A stretch of DNA of 61,681 nt, filler included, from Rhabdomonas costata (lineage: Eukaryota), in NCBI GenBank assembly GCA_019059605.1. It is 19 parts of 19 records of this genome, joined end to end, with 100 filler letters (N's around TTAATTAATTAA, not from the genome) between each part and the next. Parts side by side here need not be neighbours in the genome. Positions count along the whole stretch, not along the records: positions 45,485 to 48,629 come from JAHMHO010001295.1; positions 48,730 to 51,875 come from JAHMHO010001296.1; positions 51,976 to 55,119 come from JAHMHO010001297.1; positions 55,220 to 58,442 come from JAHMHO010001298.1; positions 58,543 to 61,681 come from JAHMHO010001299.1; 14 more parts are not named here. One strand, 5' to 3'. Below the pieces are notes generated by a model that had not been told where the DNA came from, did no database searches, and was given only the letters and a program-made list of their open reading frames with translations. Both the position numbers and the translations under genes were made by a program. Below, piece by piece: positions 48,304 through 61,432 of the stretch. The first letter of the stretch is position 1; each line of letters begins with the position of its first letter.

Positions 48304-48831
48304 GTACCTACTTTGCTCGCTGGTTTCGTTCTGATACCCCAGCACTTTTGTCGTAGTAACCTACGTCTTGAAGTCACTCCTGCAAGCTTTTCGAAACCCG
48401 AAGGGACATCTCAAACGGTCACACTATGTCCCTCATTGAACCAACCACCTGCCGCGTTATGTTGACTGGCAAGTTTCTTTGTATGGAGGGTTAGCTTCCC
48501 AGATAAAGCTGCGAGAAAACCTTAGGGTAATCCCCACAGCTGTTGGAGCTCTGATCAGTAGTAAAAGCTGTAATGGCAATGGCAAGTCCTTTTTCTTGTT
48601 TTCTACTCATCATGAGGGACAACCCACAANNNNNNNNNNNNNNNNNNNNNNNNNNNNNNNNNNNNNNNNNNNNTTAATTAATTAANNNNNNNNNNNNNNN
48701 NNNNNNNNNNNNNNNNNNNNNNNNNNNNNTTACAAGGCTGTTCGAAATCAAACAAAATGAGCAACTCGCTTCCTGTCAAGCCAAATACTATCACTCTTGC
48801 ACGCATATACATTGACTTGTTGATCTTCCAG

Positions 48832-51800
48832 GACTCCGCGGCGAGGCTGCAGAGGGAGCTCGAGGCCAGCCGGGTGGAGATGGCCGCCAAAGAGGCGGAG
48901 CTGAGCAGGGTCCTCGCCCTTGAAGCGGTGGGGGCTGCTGCTCCCCCCTCTCTTCTCCACACATGACACCATCGTTTCGACAATACTGGCAAAGTGTACA
49001 TCCTTCACTTATCGTAATGTGAACTGAGAGAGTTTTTAACCCCGTCAATTTTGGTCAGACCGAAAAAAAACGAAGGGCGAGAATGTTTTTTTTCTAACAA
49101 TTCAGTTACGTTGCATGATGCCAGACATTACTTGCCAGAAATTCGGCCTCCATTGTCCACAGGGGTAATGCTCGCCATTGTAACGATGGTGCATACAGTC
49201 TACCAGTAAACACAGGTCAGCGTATATCTGAATTTTCAGCGCCTGGCTTACGGTAATTTATTGTTATGTGAATGTATTTATATTGTAGGCTAAATTTAAA
49301 CTAAATTTAAACTGCTAGTTTTGGGGGACGTGTGTTGTGTTTCACCTGTTGCAGGCTGTATTTTTACTGTGTGTGTGTTTTATTCTGGTGTAACTTTTTT
49401 TTTCGTTTTCTGGAACGGGACTCTGTCCTTGAAAGTTTGTTTCCATCTCTGAAAATGATTTGAGATTTTGTGGGTGAGTCTGTTTTCAGAGTTCCAGAGC
49501 TGAGTTTTCCGATCATCGGCATCGCAGGATGCCGCGAAGGACCAGCGGCACAAATTCTGAAAAGGGTTCAATCAGAAATGTCACATACTAAATTCTCCCT
49601 TTCGTGGTGATTTATCAATACACTCTCTCTTGAACACGCATTTACTTTCAGAGCTTCCAGGACTCCGCGGCGAGGCTGGAGAGAGAGCTCGAGGCCAGTC
49701 GGGCGGATTTGACCGTCAAAGATGCGGGGCTGAGCAGGGCTCTCGCCCGAAATGCGGTGCCCCCCTATCCCTTCCCCTTTTCCACTCCCGTCAGTTCACA
49801 CCGCATCATCGTGTTCACACCATACGCCTTACCATTCAACACAATATATATATTTCAGCTTAGCCCTTGAAAATGAGCAGCTGCGCGACAAATACCAGGG
49901 ACCCGCAGGGCAGAAGGGAGGGTACCCCATGTGGAACGTTGGAAGGTGTGCCGGTACCCCACTGCGTCATTTGTTTCAGCGGTACCTGTAGCGAACACCC
50001 GTATGGACAACAGCGCGTGCGGCCGTCCACAGTGGTCACCAGCAATCAATCAGGCAACATCCGCTCTGCGCCCGACACACACTCACACACACGTTTGCCG
50101 TTCAGAACTCCCGGGAGTCCGCGTCGAGGCTGCTGAGCGACCTCGAGACCAACCCGATGGAGCTGGCACAGCAAAAGAATGCCAGCTGGGCGAGCAAAAG
50201 AGTGGTCGGTGCCCGCTGTCCTCCCTCCCTGTGGGCTTTGTTTCTCCTCCGTTGAATGGGGCAGCTTTCCCCGTTGTCCCTGTTGCTGTGTCCACTTAAA
50301 TATATGACACCGGTAAAAAGAGGGTTGTGACTTCAGCCTAACAAGGCGGTGAAGCCAAGCTTTTCTCCCAACGTTCGGCCAGAAAAAACGAGGTCTCCCA
50401 TTGTTTTAGCATGACCTGGGAGGACGTGTGAAGGAGGCTAAAGAGTTTAAGAGGTGAATTCACCACCGGAACTAACATCGTTTATAATTACGGCATCTGG
50501 AAGCCCACCAAGGGCAAGTTCCGGTTCATCACAAGGTCAGGCCCGAGACCCCGAGACGCTGCCAGCAAGCCGGCTTTTCTCTTTCAACCCCGTCCGAAGA
50601 AAGGGAAGTGTGTCTGTGTGGGTGGTTGGTGGAGTTTGCAGGCTATGATCCCATGTGCTGCGGGGGGGGGAGGCGGAGCTGAAGCAAGCCCTCGCCGGCC
50701 GACCGGTCGCCCACCCCGCCCCATCCTCACGGATTCTCGGATTTTTATTCTTCTGTGTTGAGGTCATCTGCCTTTCCAGTTTTTCTGCGCCTTGGTATGG
50801 CGTGTTGAAGGAGTTTTTCCTCAAAGTAACATGTAGCCTCGAATTCCCTCTCAGCTTTGTGAGGTTGTCTTGCGTTTGAAGCGCTGTGTGCTGAATGGAT
50901 GGTCTTGTATGCCATTCGGCTGCAGGATGGGCGGGAACCGTCCACTTTTTCCGGCTGTTTTGTTTTTGGTTTGGGCACAGGAGGAAGAGCTCCACGGCGG
51001 CGTGCTAATTCCCACGTTTCCTTTGATTAAGCGCCCGAGTGATCGTCGTGTGAGAGGGGGGGATGGAACGAACAGAGAGTAATTCCTCTGCGGGGTGGTA
51101 TAGAGTTCTGAGGACTCCACGGATCCCGCGCGAGGTTGCAGAGGGAGCTGGTGGCCAGTCAGGCGGAGCTGGTGAGGCAGCGAGAAGCCTGGGCTGCGCG
51201 GGAGGCGGAGCTGAAGGAGACCCTCGCTGGCCAGGCGGTCTGCCAATGCATCCCCTCCTTCTGCATTCCTCTCCGACCTTTGCACCGTGGATGTAGTGCC
51301 GGAAGATTCTACCCATACCTAGCTGAAGTGTGTGGTCGTGTGCGGAGGTAATTCCTTGGCCCGCGTCCCTCTTTTCCTTCGCACCCTACCACACATATAG
51401 ACCCAAACTAAGGCACTAATGCATTAAAACACAAACTAACCTCCTGTAGTGATTTCCAACTACAAACTACGAAGCGTTGTCATTGTTAAGATGTGCAAGG
51501 ATAAGTTCAGTTGGACTGGTATCTCTTCTTCAGGAGGAGCCTTCCGGTGCCCACACGGTGATGGCTGCGCTGCGGGAACGAATCTCCGCACAGCTTGAGA
51601 CCACTGCGGGTCGGACTCATGCCCCAAACCCGACTGCCCTGAGCAGTGTAGCGCTTCCTGGAACTGATGATGCTTACCGACAGGAAAGGAGAGACGCAAT
51701 AAAGCCAAAAGAGTCATGTGCCTCAGCGGCCGTTGATTCTATACCAGATGCTTTGTGCGAGGGAGGACCGGAGTGGGAAGAACTCGAGCGACAGGCTGAA

Positions 51801-51875
51801 TTGCCTGTTGTAGTTCCATCAACGTCTGTGGGTTCCTCCCAGTACACATCTCCGCTTCGCCTCATCAAACAAACC
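48832..51875 (+). CDS. Coiled-coil protein built from duplicated exons, partial
   Basis: Homologous AG/GT-bounded segments at 48832-48927 (DSAARLQRELEASR...), 49661-49756 (DSAARLERELEASR...), 50107-50205 and ~51104-51237, plus a candidate exon from 51534. Confidence 0.55.
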
Positions 51876-53476
51876 NNNNNNNNNNNNNNNNNNNNNNNNN
51901 NNNNNNNNNNNNNNNNNNNTTAATTAATTAANNNNNNNNNNNNNNNNNNNNNNNNNNNNNNNNNNNNNNNNNNNNGTGGGTTGGGGGGGGCATCATAGTA
52001 CGTCTGACTTCCGCAGCAGCATACACTTTGCACGGCGGAAGCGTGATTTGAATTTTTTTTGTAAAGCAAAGCCCCCTAAAGATCGTACTGATCCATCATT
52101 TTTACTTTTTATGGTGAGTTACTTCACGTCTAGGCATCGGTACCTCTCCCAAAGTTCTGATTTCTGTGCCAGCATAAAGCTGTTCCGCAATGCACTTGTC
52201 CTTCCACTGAAGCAGGTCAACTGGCCGCGTCATGAATCGCAATTGAACCAGGACAGCTCCCAGAAAAAACAGAAAAACAGAAAAACAGAAAAAGAACGAG
52301 GGAAAAGAAACAAGAAGAGGGTCTCATCCTTTTTCCAACTTATCTTTCATAATTTACTGCCCCCTCCCCCAATGTCATGCCAAGAACATGGCAAAGGCAT
52401 GACAAGAAGATGGGTCATTATTGCACTCTGCCGCAGTACCATGAGTTCATTTAATCGTGGTGCCCGCATGACCAATGCGACATCCAGAAGGGTTGCGTGA
52501 AGGAGTGCGGGCAACCTGAAAAGTCACCAAGGAATGACTCCTGGGGCGCCCCGATGGCCTGCAAACCACACAGCAGAAGAACAAGGTCCAAGAGATGATG
52601 TGGGGCAGTGGGGGACTCTTTTTCCAAAAGAATACCCCCTTCATGGACCGCTGCCTCACATCTGGGACCCCCAACGTGATCAAAAGCTGCTTAGACTTCT
52701 GCCGGAACCCCACGAGGAATAGCTTCACGAATGAAAGCATAACCCCAGCAGCATCCACAAGCAGACACCACTGCATTTCCGCTCGGTCTTCCTCGTCTCG
52801 GTCTTGTCTGCCCGTCCCAACCTCCTGTCGCAAACTTCGCGAAAAGACACGGGGGAGATGCGTAAGTGAATGAAAAAGCAGACCTCGTTCGTTCACTAAA
52901 ATACTTCCAAGTTCCTTTTATACGTGCGAACAAGGAACCCGAAAGAAATCGAAAATTCTTTCGTTGGGCTTTGGGTTTTGAGGAATGGAAACATACTTCG
53001 TGGAAGGCATCTCCCGCAATGCGGCTGTGGGACCCGACCCGCCGAGGGAGGAAGAACGCGGGTCAGCGTGGGGCGGGGAGAAAGAGAACCCCGACATGGC
53101 GGGGCGGAGCTGAGGACCCCATGAAGGGAACCCGCTGATCATCGTGGAGAAGGGAGCGCTTGCCGCGTTCGGAGTCGCGCTGTTGCGCGAGCAAAAGCAG
53201 ACAGACGGAAAATCGTTCTCTCTTCACAGTTTTTGTGTGCATGCAAGGAAGTGCGCGCCTGCACTACATGGACAGAAGACCTGAATTGTGCTGACGCTTC
53301 GGCATTCGTACAACTATGGCGCACGAGCGTACCTTGGCATCAGAAACGGCATTCTGCAGGGGCACACCGCGGGATCCTCGCAGAACAAAACGCAAACAAA
53401 AAGCAATACCACCTGAAAAAGGAGGCCGATGACCAAATGAGGTGGCTTCCCCAAACGAAACGAAACAAAACAGACG

Positions 53477-53592
53477 CACTTCCCAAAGTCGAAGCAAAGC
53501 GTACAGAGTCGGCCCTGGCAACCCGTCAACTGACCACTTCCCAAAGTCGAAGCAAAGCGTACAGAGTCGGCCCTGGCAACCCGTCAACTGAC
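53477..53592. repeat. Perfect 58-bp tandem duplication
   Basis: cacttcccaaagtcgaagc...cccgtcaactgac occurs at 53477-53534 and 53535-53592. Confidence 0.95.
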
Positions 53593-53849
53593 CTCAACGG
53601 GTTGCATAAAACTGTGGCGTTCCTTTTGAACTCCAGTGGAAGACTTTGCAGGGAGCTTCAGCGTTCTTCACCGTTCAGCACGGCCCCCAGCAAGCGCAAC
53701 ACATTATCACTTAATGCTCCAAACCCCGCGAGCACATCTGAATATGAATCTTGATCTGCCCAAGTGCTCGCAAGAAAAGTTTGACAGTACCAAGTTGACT
53801 AAACGCTGGAAGCACTGCAAAAGCAAATAAGTGTCACAGTATTCGGTCA

Positions 53850-54635
53850 TCAGCTGCTTGAGGAACCCGCTCTTTTCCTCTTCTTTTTCTTAGCTCCTCC
53901 ATCGGCCACGACAGGTTCTTCAGCGGGTTTGGGCTGGACCTTCGAAACAGGTGCAGGCTCCGTACCATTCGCCTTCGCCACCTTCTTCTTGGGAGTCTCA
54001 GTCTGAAAACCGCAGCCGAAAAGTGCAAAACCTTTCATCTTCACTTCAGCTGACAATAAATGATTGTATTTACCGCTGAAACAAGGAAGAATCCCGTGTG
54101 CTAAGTTGAATTCGTGGGGAATACCACCCACCTACCCAACACTCACAAACGTTCAAAAGCGCCCGTTTGCTGAAAACGGTTACTGACACCCTAATTCTGT
54201 GGGCACGAGGAATCACAGATTGGAGGCTGCACCCTGTTCACAATTCTCTCACAAAAACATCAAATGCTAACTGACAATCAGAGCCAACTGAGGTAGTTTG
54301 TGCACACCTTGTGCACACCCCCAATCCCAAACAAGTCTGAATTGATATCACTGCATGCAAGGTACAATCCAACAGCGCCTTAACCGAAAATCATGGCATG
54401 CGCTATCGGCTGTCAGATTAAGAGCGGTGTCCGAAATTCCATTTACCCCTTTGAACTTCATTTGACTCCATTCAAACTGCAAATAGGGCACCGCTTAAAG
54501 AGGGGGGCCGTTGGTCCCTCGAGCGAAAAGAACCTCAGGCTCCAGTTCTGACTCTTGCTCTGGGAGATCGTCATCGACCTCGTAGTATCCCGAGATGTGC
54601 ACTGGAATGGGTGATCCTTCAGTGAGGAAGCTAAC
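53850..54635 (-). CDS. Nucleoplasmin-like (NPL) domain histone chaperone, last two exons (54635-54534, 54002-53850)
   Basis: VSFLTEGSPIPVHISGYY followed by an acidic tract and a basic NLS-like tail (KKKKRKR), ending in TGA. Typical of the end of an NPL domain. Confidence 0.7.
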
Positions 54636-55233
54636 CTGGAACAGGCAACAGACAGTGAGTCGGTACCTGGAAGTGCTCTAGGACCTCAGACTGTCAACTC
54701 TGCAAGAACCTAGGCTGCGGTCGAATTCACATCCTTTCTTTAGTTCCCGCTTTTCCTTCTTCTTCTCCGTCATTTTCTTTCGCATACATAAACATGAAAC
54801 GCCCGAGTCACCCAATCCCAAAATGAGGCTCCCAAAGATTGCTGGGTGGTGCGCCTTAAGTGTCACCCAGCAAATGACCATATTGAAGATTCAGCAGGTT
54901 TCGTTGTGGGGTATAATGGGATTTCACTTTCGAGGATCCAGCAGAGTTTGGGTGGCTGATGGGGTTGTTGCAGTTGGTGTCCCCACAAAGGTAGTGCAAC
55001 TGGAAATACGTGGAACCTGGTGGAAATATATACTGGATTCGCCACGACGTCACGTGCGTTATTCACTCATTGGTTCACACTGGGAACGAAGCAAAAAAAG
55101 AAGCGACCTCACTTTCGGGNNNNNNNNNNNNNNNNNNNNNNNNNNNNNNNNNNNNNNNNNNNNTTAATTAATTAANNNNNNNNNNNNNNNNNNNNNNNNN
55201 NNNNNNNNNNNNNNNNNNNTGGGCTTCCTGAGG

Positions 55234-55274
55234 TGTGGTGGTGGTGGTGGTGGTGGTGTGAGTGAGTGAGTGTG

Positions 55275-55310
<36 letters not shown>
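55234..55310. repeat. Compound microsatellite (GGT)n-(GTGA)n-(GT)n
   Basis: Directly visible simple repeats. Confidence 0.9.
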
Positions 55311-55314
<4 letters not shown>

Positions 55315-55481
55315 CAGTATCCCTAACCAATGGGGGAAGAAGAAGGGCCGGCAACACCCCCTCTACGCAGGGTCAGAGAGGGACGCCTACTGTCCATTTA
55401 GGTTCGCAACCACCCGCTGGGAAATTGTGTTCTTCCCTCTCTCTCTCTCTCTCTTTCTCTTTCGTTCTCACATTCACTCAG

Positions 55482-57748
55482 GTGGAAGCTCACCTCGGCC
55501 ACGGCAGACACCAAGGTGATCGTCTTCGTCAGCAGCTGTGACACAGTGGAGTTCTTATACTGCCTGTTCTCGCGCGCCACTCTTCCAAAGACAGGTCTCT
55601 TCCTCTCCCTAAAGTATAGTACATATTGTTCACCACAACCAGCGGCAACGCTGATCTGCGCTTGTATTTCTCGTCACGTGACGTCTACGTTCTCTCGAAA
55701 GGCGCACGCGAAGCGAGAGCTGATAGGCAAAAGGGTCATCGGCCAACACCCAAAGCTGCACGCAACAACAACAGGCGAAGTGTCATCTGCGGGTGGTTTC
55801 AATCCCCAGATCACCCATCTTACAACATGCCAGATCTGTATCACAGACTAGCCTGGGTTTCGGTGGTGTTGGAGTTATATACTGCAATCCTCACCCTCCG
55901 CCGTCTGCATCCCCCCTCCCCTAAGCAGACATTTTGCGCTGCCCAAACCCTTTATTCTTTTTTCTCTATTCTTTGTTCCCTATATATTTTATTCCTTGGG
56001 GTGCACCAGGACACTGCGCTTAAAGTCAGTCCAACTGGCCACACCCTCTCCAAAACACTTGATAGCAGCTCTCCGTTCTCCCCACAACATCTACTTATCG
56101 TCACCGCCTCAGCCGCTCTCTTTATGCTTTTCTCAGCACAAAGTCTGGAGGAGACCCCCGCCAAAAAGCGGCGGCAGCGCGGACTCTCGGAAGAGGTGAG
56201 GCGGCGGAAGAAGCGCAGGCTGGCGGTGAACCGCGCGATTGAGGACCAGACTCGCCTCCACAGCGATGAAGACGAGGACGACGGAGAGCCGCAGGTTTGT
56301 TCTGTTTCATGCCCTTGACCTCACTAACGGGCGCCCGACCGCCTGCTCGCTTGTGCAAAAATGCGTCGCCTGTATTGCCTTGTAGACCCTGCCACACCCA
56401 GAACGTATTTCAGGGCGTGTCTTCTCCTTCGGCCATCCCTATCAAGCTTTCGTGCCTTAACCGCTTTTCAGCAGTACCTATTGATGTACTCAGCGCTCAA
56501 TATTTAGCTGTGGCTGCTGTGGCGATAGTTCGGTAGATCACACACCAAAAGTCGTTCTATATGTTTTGATACGTTAAGCAGGTGGTTTCCCCTTTGGCTC
56601 GCTTACTGTTGCGTCTTTGGCTATGCAGGGAAACTTTCACAAGGTGGACATGTCTGGCACTGGGGAGGAAAGCGGGCGGGTACCCCTGCTGAGCTTCGAC
56701 CTCTTCAAGATGCACGGCAATGTCCCCCATGCCGACCGAATGGCAGTCTTTGCGGCGTTTTCGAAGTGCAGCAGGGTCCTGTTTCCTGTTTTATTGCTCA
56801 GCGCCATTCCACACCGTTCATAGGTTCAACCTGACCAACGTGGCAACCTGGTCGGCGACATTGCTGCTATTCAATTAGATTCCCTTCTCACCATTTTCGC
56901 TCTGTGGAGTATGGACCCCACACACAGTCATGATCTGGTGACTCAGATCCATATGAAAAGAAAAAGGCCACAGCATTGATGAGGGAAAGCCCAAATGAAG
57001 CACTTTCCCTTCGAGACTACACCCTGCTCACGTCGAAGTTTGGGGCCTGCCATATGGTGTGCCGTTTTGTTCTTGTGCTTCGCTTTGCGTAGGGTGTGCT
57101 GTTCGCCACGGATGTTGCTGCTCGAGGGTATTCGTGTTTTCTTGCTTGGTGAAATGGGCGGGTTTTTTGTACATAGGTGGGTGCCGTTGATACTCTTCTG
57201 CTGGGCTGGCGAAAGAAACGGCACCAGATTTAAAAAGCAAGAGCCGCCAACGGGCACGGGTGGGTACTGGCCTGAGCGTGCAAAGACCAGTCACGCAGTG
57301 TGTCAGGAGGGCCGTTGCTCTTTGAAAAGACCCTGGCCTGCCCTGTTAACAAAGGCATTTCGTTTCGACAGGAGTAGTAGTTTCTCGCAGCGCGCAAGGG
57401 GTCTTCTGAACACACACGGGACACGGGACACGGTGATTTGAGTTTTTTTTGGTGATCAGAATACGCAGAGGTTGAAGACAGTATAACTTTGGCTTGCTTA
57501 ATGTGCACACCCTCGATTGAAAGTGCAGCTTTTCTTGCGTACCCAGTTTGATTTGCCCGTGCGCCCCCACCCCCACATGCTCACAGGCTGGATCTTCCCA
57601 ATGTGAACTGGATTGTGCAGTACGACAGCGCTGGGGAGGAGCGAAGTTTCATCCACCGAATCGGTCGCACTGCTCGAATCGGCCGCGCAGGCGACGCCCT
57701 GCTGTTCCTGCTGCCCCACGAGGAGGGCTACCTGGAGCTCTTACGGAA
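55482..57748 (+). CDS. DBP7: DEAD-box RNA helicase DBP7/DDX31, helicase C-terminal domain, partial (exons 55482-55594, 56137-56294, 56629-56775, 57093-57127, 57587-57748)
   Basis: [49 protein letters not shown] and HRIGRTARIGRAGDALLFLLPHEEGY. Confidence 0.88.
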
Positions 57749-58965
57749 GTTTGTCTGTTTGCGTGCGTGCTGGGACCCTCTCGCCGTGTGCGTGGGCATG
57801 CCTACGCATTGAACAACGTGTTTGTTTCTCACAGATTTATCAGGTTTTTTGGACATAGTGTGGCCTGTGGCGTCTTACACTCATTTTTTCATTTTTCGTC
57901 TGGATGTGTTGGTGCACTTCAAGAGAAACCGATTTGAACAACTTGTTTCTTTAGGGGGGGGGATGCGGAGGGTGGAGGGATGAGTATTGTGGTATGTCAT
58001 ATCAAAATGGACGAAACAGAGGCTAGCCTGGGATACTGATCTCGCGTGATTTCAAGTTGTGCTGGAGTAATGGAATACAAGTGCTGAGTTGCGACTCGGT
58101 AATATTATCGTTGATCGTGTTCATGGACCCCTGTAGAGGTAAAGGAGGCGGCCTTTTTGGAGTGTGATGGGAGTCTCGTCCAAAGGATGCATTGATTTTT
58201 ACGCCTGTCATTTTCTTGGCGTCTTGGCCGGGTTACATTGTGCTTTGAATGCTAGAATCGCTTTTCTTTTAGTTGTAGTTGGATTCAAACCGGTGGTGAA
58301 CTGCACAGGTATGGGCTTCAACTTCGTCAGCTGAGCTTGGACGTGGTGTGTTACGAGATCTCTAGGTTCACCGGCAGGTGTGCATGGAGCAGCATAATGT
58401 TTTGAGTGCACTTAGATCATTCGTCTGGATCTCCATTCCTACNNNNNNNNNNNNNNNNNNNNNNNNNNNNNNNNNNNNNNNNNNNNTTAATTAATTAANN
58501 NNNNNNNNNNNNNNNNNNNNNNNNNNNNNNNNNNNNNNNNNNAGGGTCCCAAGGTGCCCTCCGACTGGCGGATTCGTGGTGACGAAGCCTGTGGTTTGGG
58601 ACGTGGTGAAGAATTGCTACAGGGTCAAACAAACAGCCTGGATGCAATCAATTACACGGAGTTCAACGCGCGCGCGCGCGCCCACACACACACACACATT
58701 ATCGTTTTGCAGGCATCTTTGGACTAGAAACCGGAAATGTTTTGGCACCCTGTTTTTGATGACTGATTATGAGGGTGCTTGACGTATATCCGTGTTGGCT
58801 GCTCAGCGTCCATGTCCGCACCGTTGCAAGCAGTGTTGGGTGCGTGAAAACATGCTCGCATCTTGGGATTTGATGGTGATGAGGGCAGCCCCATGAGCCA
58901 TGCTGTTTCGTGCAGTTGGATCTGCAGATGGGATTCCCCATCGGTTATTCTCCTTCCCGCAACAG

Positions 58966-61432
58966 GTGCATTGAAGTTTTACCGGAGCAGCCTGTCTGAG
59001 TTCGAGCGCAGCGAGGTACTGGACTATCCCCACGTCTACTTCTTGGGCGCGGGTACCGGAAAGGTGCAGGCCTCCCTCTCTGATACGAAGCAGAATTACG
59101 GTGTGCTGGTGTGCGTGCTGGTGCGTGCTGGTGCGTGCTGTGTGCGGTGTGGCGAATGCACGGGAAACATCAGAGCAGTAGAGGATGGCTCGCACACACA
59201 GACGTGGCGAGGAGGCATATTTGCGGTGTAGTTGAGACAAAGCCGGGTGCCTGTATACCAGTCAGATGCAACCCAAAAACGTGACAGGTCTCGAGAAACG
59301 CGGCATGCGTTTCAGCTTCGCTTGGGTTTCACGTCCGTCTTGAAAAAGGTCGTCATGACGGGCTATCCCGAGCGACCCAACAATATATAACAACTGCATC
59401 TTTCCCCCCGCAGCAGCGGTGGGCTTTTTCGGCGCACACATAGGGGTTGCAGCACAGCGTCCAACGTTAACGGCTCTTTCGGGCCTGTCGCTCGAGACAT
59501 CCAGGGACCACCTCGGCGCGTTTTTCTTCCTTCACGGGTTTTGGTTTTGCTAAGGGTACGACGACGAGCGTGGGGACTACCGTGTGGTGCTGCATGACCA
59601 CATTGCATACCGCTACGAGGTTCTCACCGTCCTGGGTATGCCTGGTCGGGGGTGGGCTGTCCATGTTTTTTCAATTCGTGTGACCCTGATCTTGCTCTTC
59701 TTCGTCGCTACGGTTGCGTAACGTGAGGAAGTCCTCCCAGTGGGCTGTTTTCGAGTTGTCGGGCGTCCACAAAGGGGGGCCAATGGTGAGGACCTCAAGG
59801 TCTTCGTAGTTGTTAAAGCGAGCACTATTTCGTGTGAGTATTTCTCACATTCCCGCTCTTCCCCGCCGATGTACCCATCAATCTCACCGCACCTTTACCT
59901 CGCCGACCCAGATTGCGCCTGGGTTGCTACACACCCTGGGCCTGATGTGTGGTTTTCTCTATCTGTGCACGTGCTCTCGTGCAGGTCAGGGGTCGTTTGG
60001 GCAGGTGTTGAAGGCCCTGGACTGCCGCACGGGCCGCGCCGTGGCGCTGAAGGTGATCCGCAACCGCAAGCGCTTCCACCTCCAGGCCCTTGTGGAGGTG
60101 AAAGTCCTGGAGACCCTCCGACAGCACGTACACTCCCTTCCGTGTGCTGTGTGGTTGCGTGCTGTGTGTATTGTGAACTGTTCGAAAATGAGAATATTTA
60201 GAGAAGTAAAATAGGGTTGAAAAATGGAAACCAAACTAAGATGATCCCTTTTACTCTGCAATTGCATTGATGTTTCCCATGTTTTTATCATTGGAGTGGA
60301 GTAAAATTCTCACTTTTAATGTGAAGCGGGCCATATAAACGAACTTTCGTGGCCGTCCGCAATGAGCACACACACACACATGCAGACATACAGTCACAAA
60401 CGAAACCCTCTCTTAAAGGACCCGCTGGATTGCTTTGGTGTGGTGCGGATGGTGGACTACTTTTACTTCCGCAACCACCTGTGCATTACCTTTGAGCTGC
60501 TCAGCCTGAATCTCTACGAGCTCACTCAGCGTACCCATTTCGCGGGCTTTTCTCTGCCCTTAGTCCGCAGGTCTTTCCCTCTCCCCCCCCCCCCCCACGG
60601 TAAAATCTGAAACCCCAAATGTTAAACCGGGAATATCCGAGTGTCGTCATCGGACCCCTCCGAAAGAAATGAGCGTTTTCCAAGCTGAGCGATGGAGGGT
60701 GGATGCGGATGAGTCTGGATCAGGAACTAATGGAAGGTCGGTGGTAGAACGTGCACTTTTGAAATTCATGAAAGGGGAAATTGGACAGGGAAGAATTACA
60801 AAGAGTGCAAGTTCTGAGGAGGAATTCGGCAGCTGATGCTTCCGCCTCTTTTTTCCATGCTCTTAAATAGGACGCATTCCACATTGCGCCTCACTTCGCC
60901 TTATTTTCGCCCCACAAACGCAAGGTTTCTTTTTCGGTGTATGTGTGTGTGGGGTCCAGTGAAGAAACCACCTTTTCCGAGTTTAACATTTCCGGTTTCA
61001 CGGGATCCCCCCCCGCCTCCCGCCCATTACATTGCTCTCATTACACCGAGAGCTCTTGGCTTTTTTCTTTCTGTTTGTCCTGAGTACGTGTGTCCGAATA
61101 GGTTTGCGGTTCAGCTGTTGACGGCGCTGAAGTTTTTCCACCGCCAGGGGGTGATCCACTGCGACATGAAGCCAGGTGCGCTGCGTGCGTCCGCCCCTCG
61201 ACGAACCTCAAGAGTCACAACTGAAGAACAACTGAACAACTGAACAACTGAAGAAGTAGATGCGAACCAACATGGACATGTCTTCTGAACACTGGAGTTG
61301 TCATTGATGTTGTTGCCCGACGAATCATTCAGTTTGGCTTTGCTCGTGGCTGGGGCGTTACTTTCTCGTTCTTTTTTCCGGCAGAGAATATTTTGCTGAA
61401 GACACCATGGAAGACGGCAGTGAAAGTCATTG
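58966..61432 (+). CDS. DYRK family kinase (class 2, DYRK2/4-like), partial (exons 58966-59100, 59555-59635, 59985-60127, 60419-60570, 61102-61175, 61385-61432)
   Basis: NAPA-like [19 protein letters not shown] box GYDDERGDY...[49 protein letters not shown] and HCDMKPENILL. Confidence 0.95.

Noticed and set aside
3154-58542. Regularly spaced TTAATTAATTAA motif as a biological repeat or CRISPR-like array
   Set aside because: It is always centred in exactly 44+44 Ns, which marks it as a synthetic six-frame-stop contig linker.
3691-61432. Euglenid nonconventional (non-GT/GC-AG, stem-forming) introns
   Set aside because: Every junction I could anchor on conserved protein motifs is explained by GT-AG or GC-AG. 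They could still exist in the unannotated contigs.
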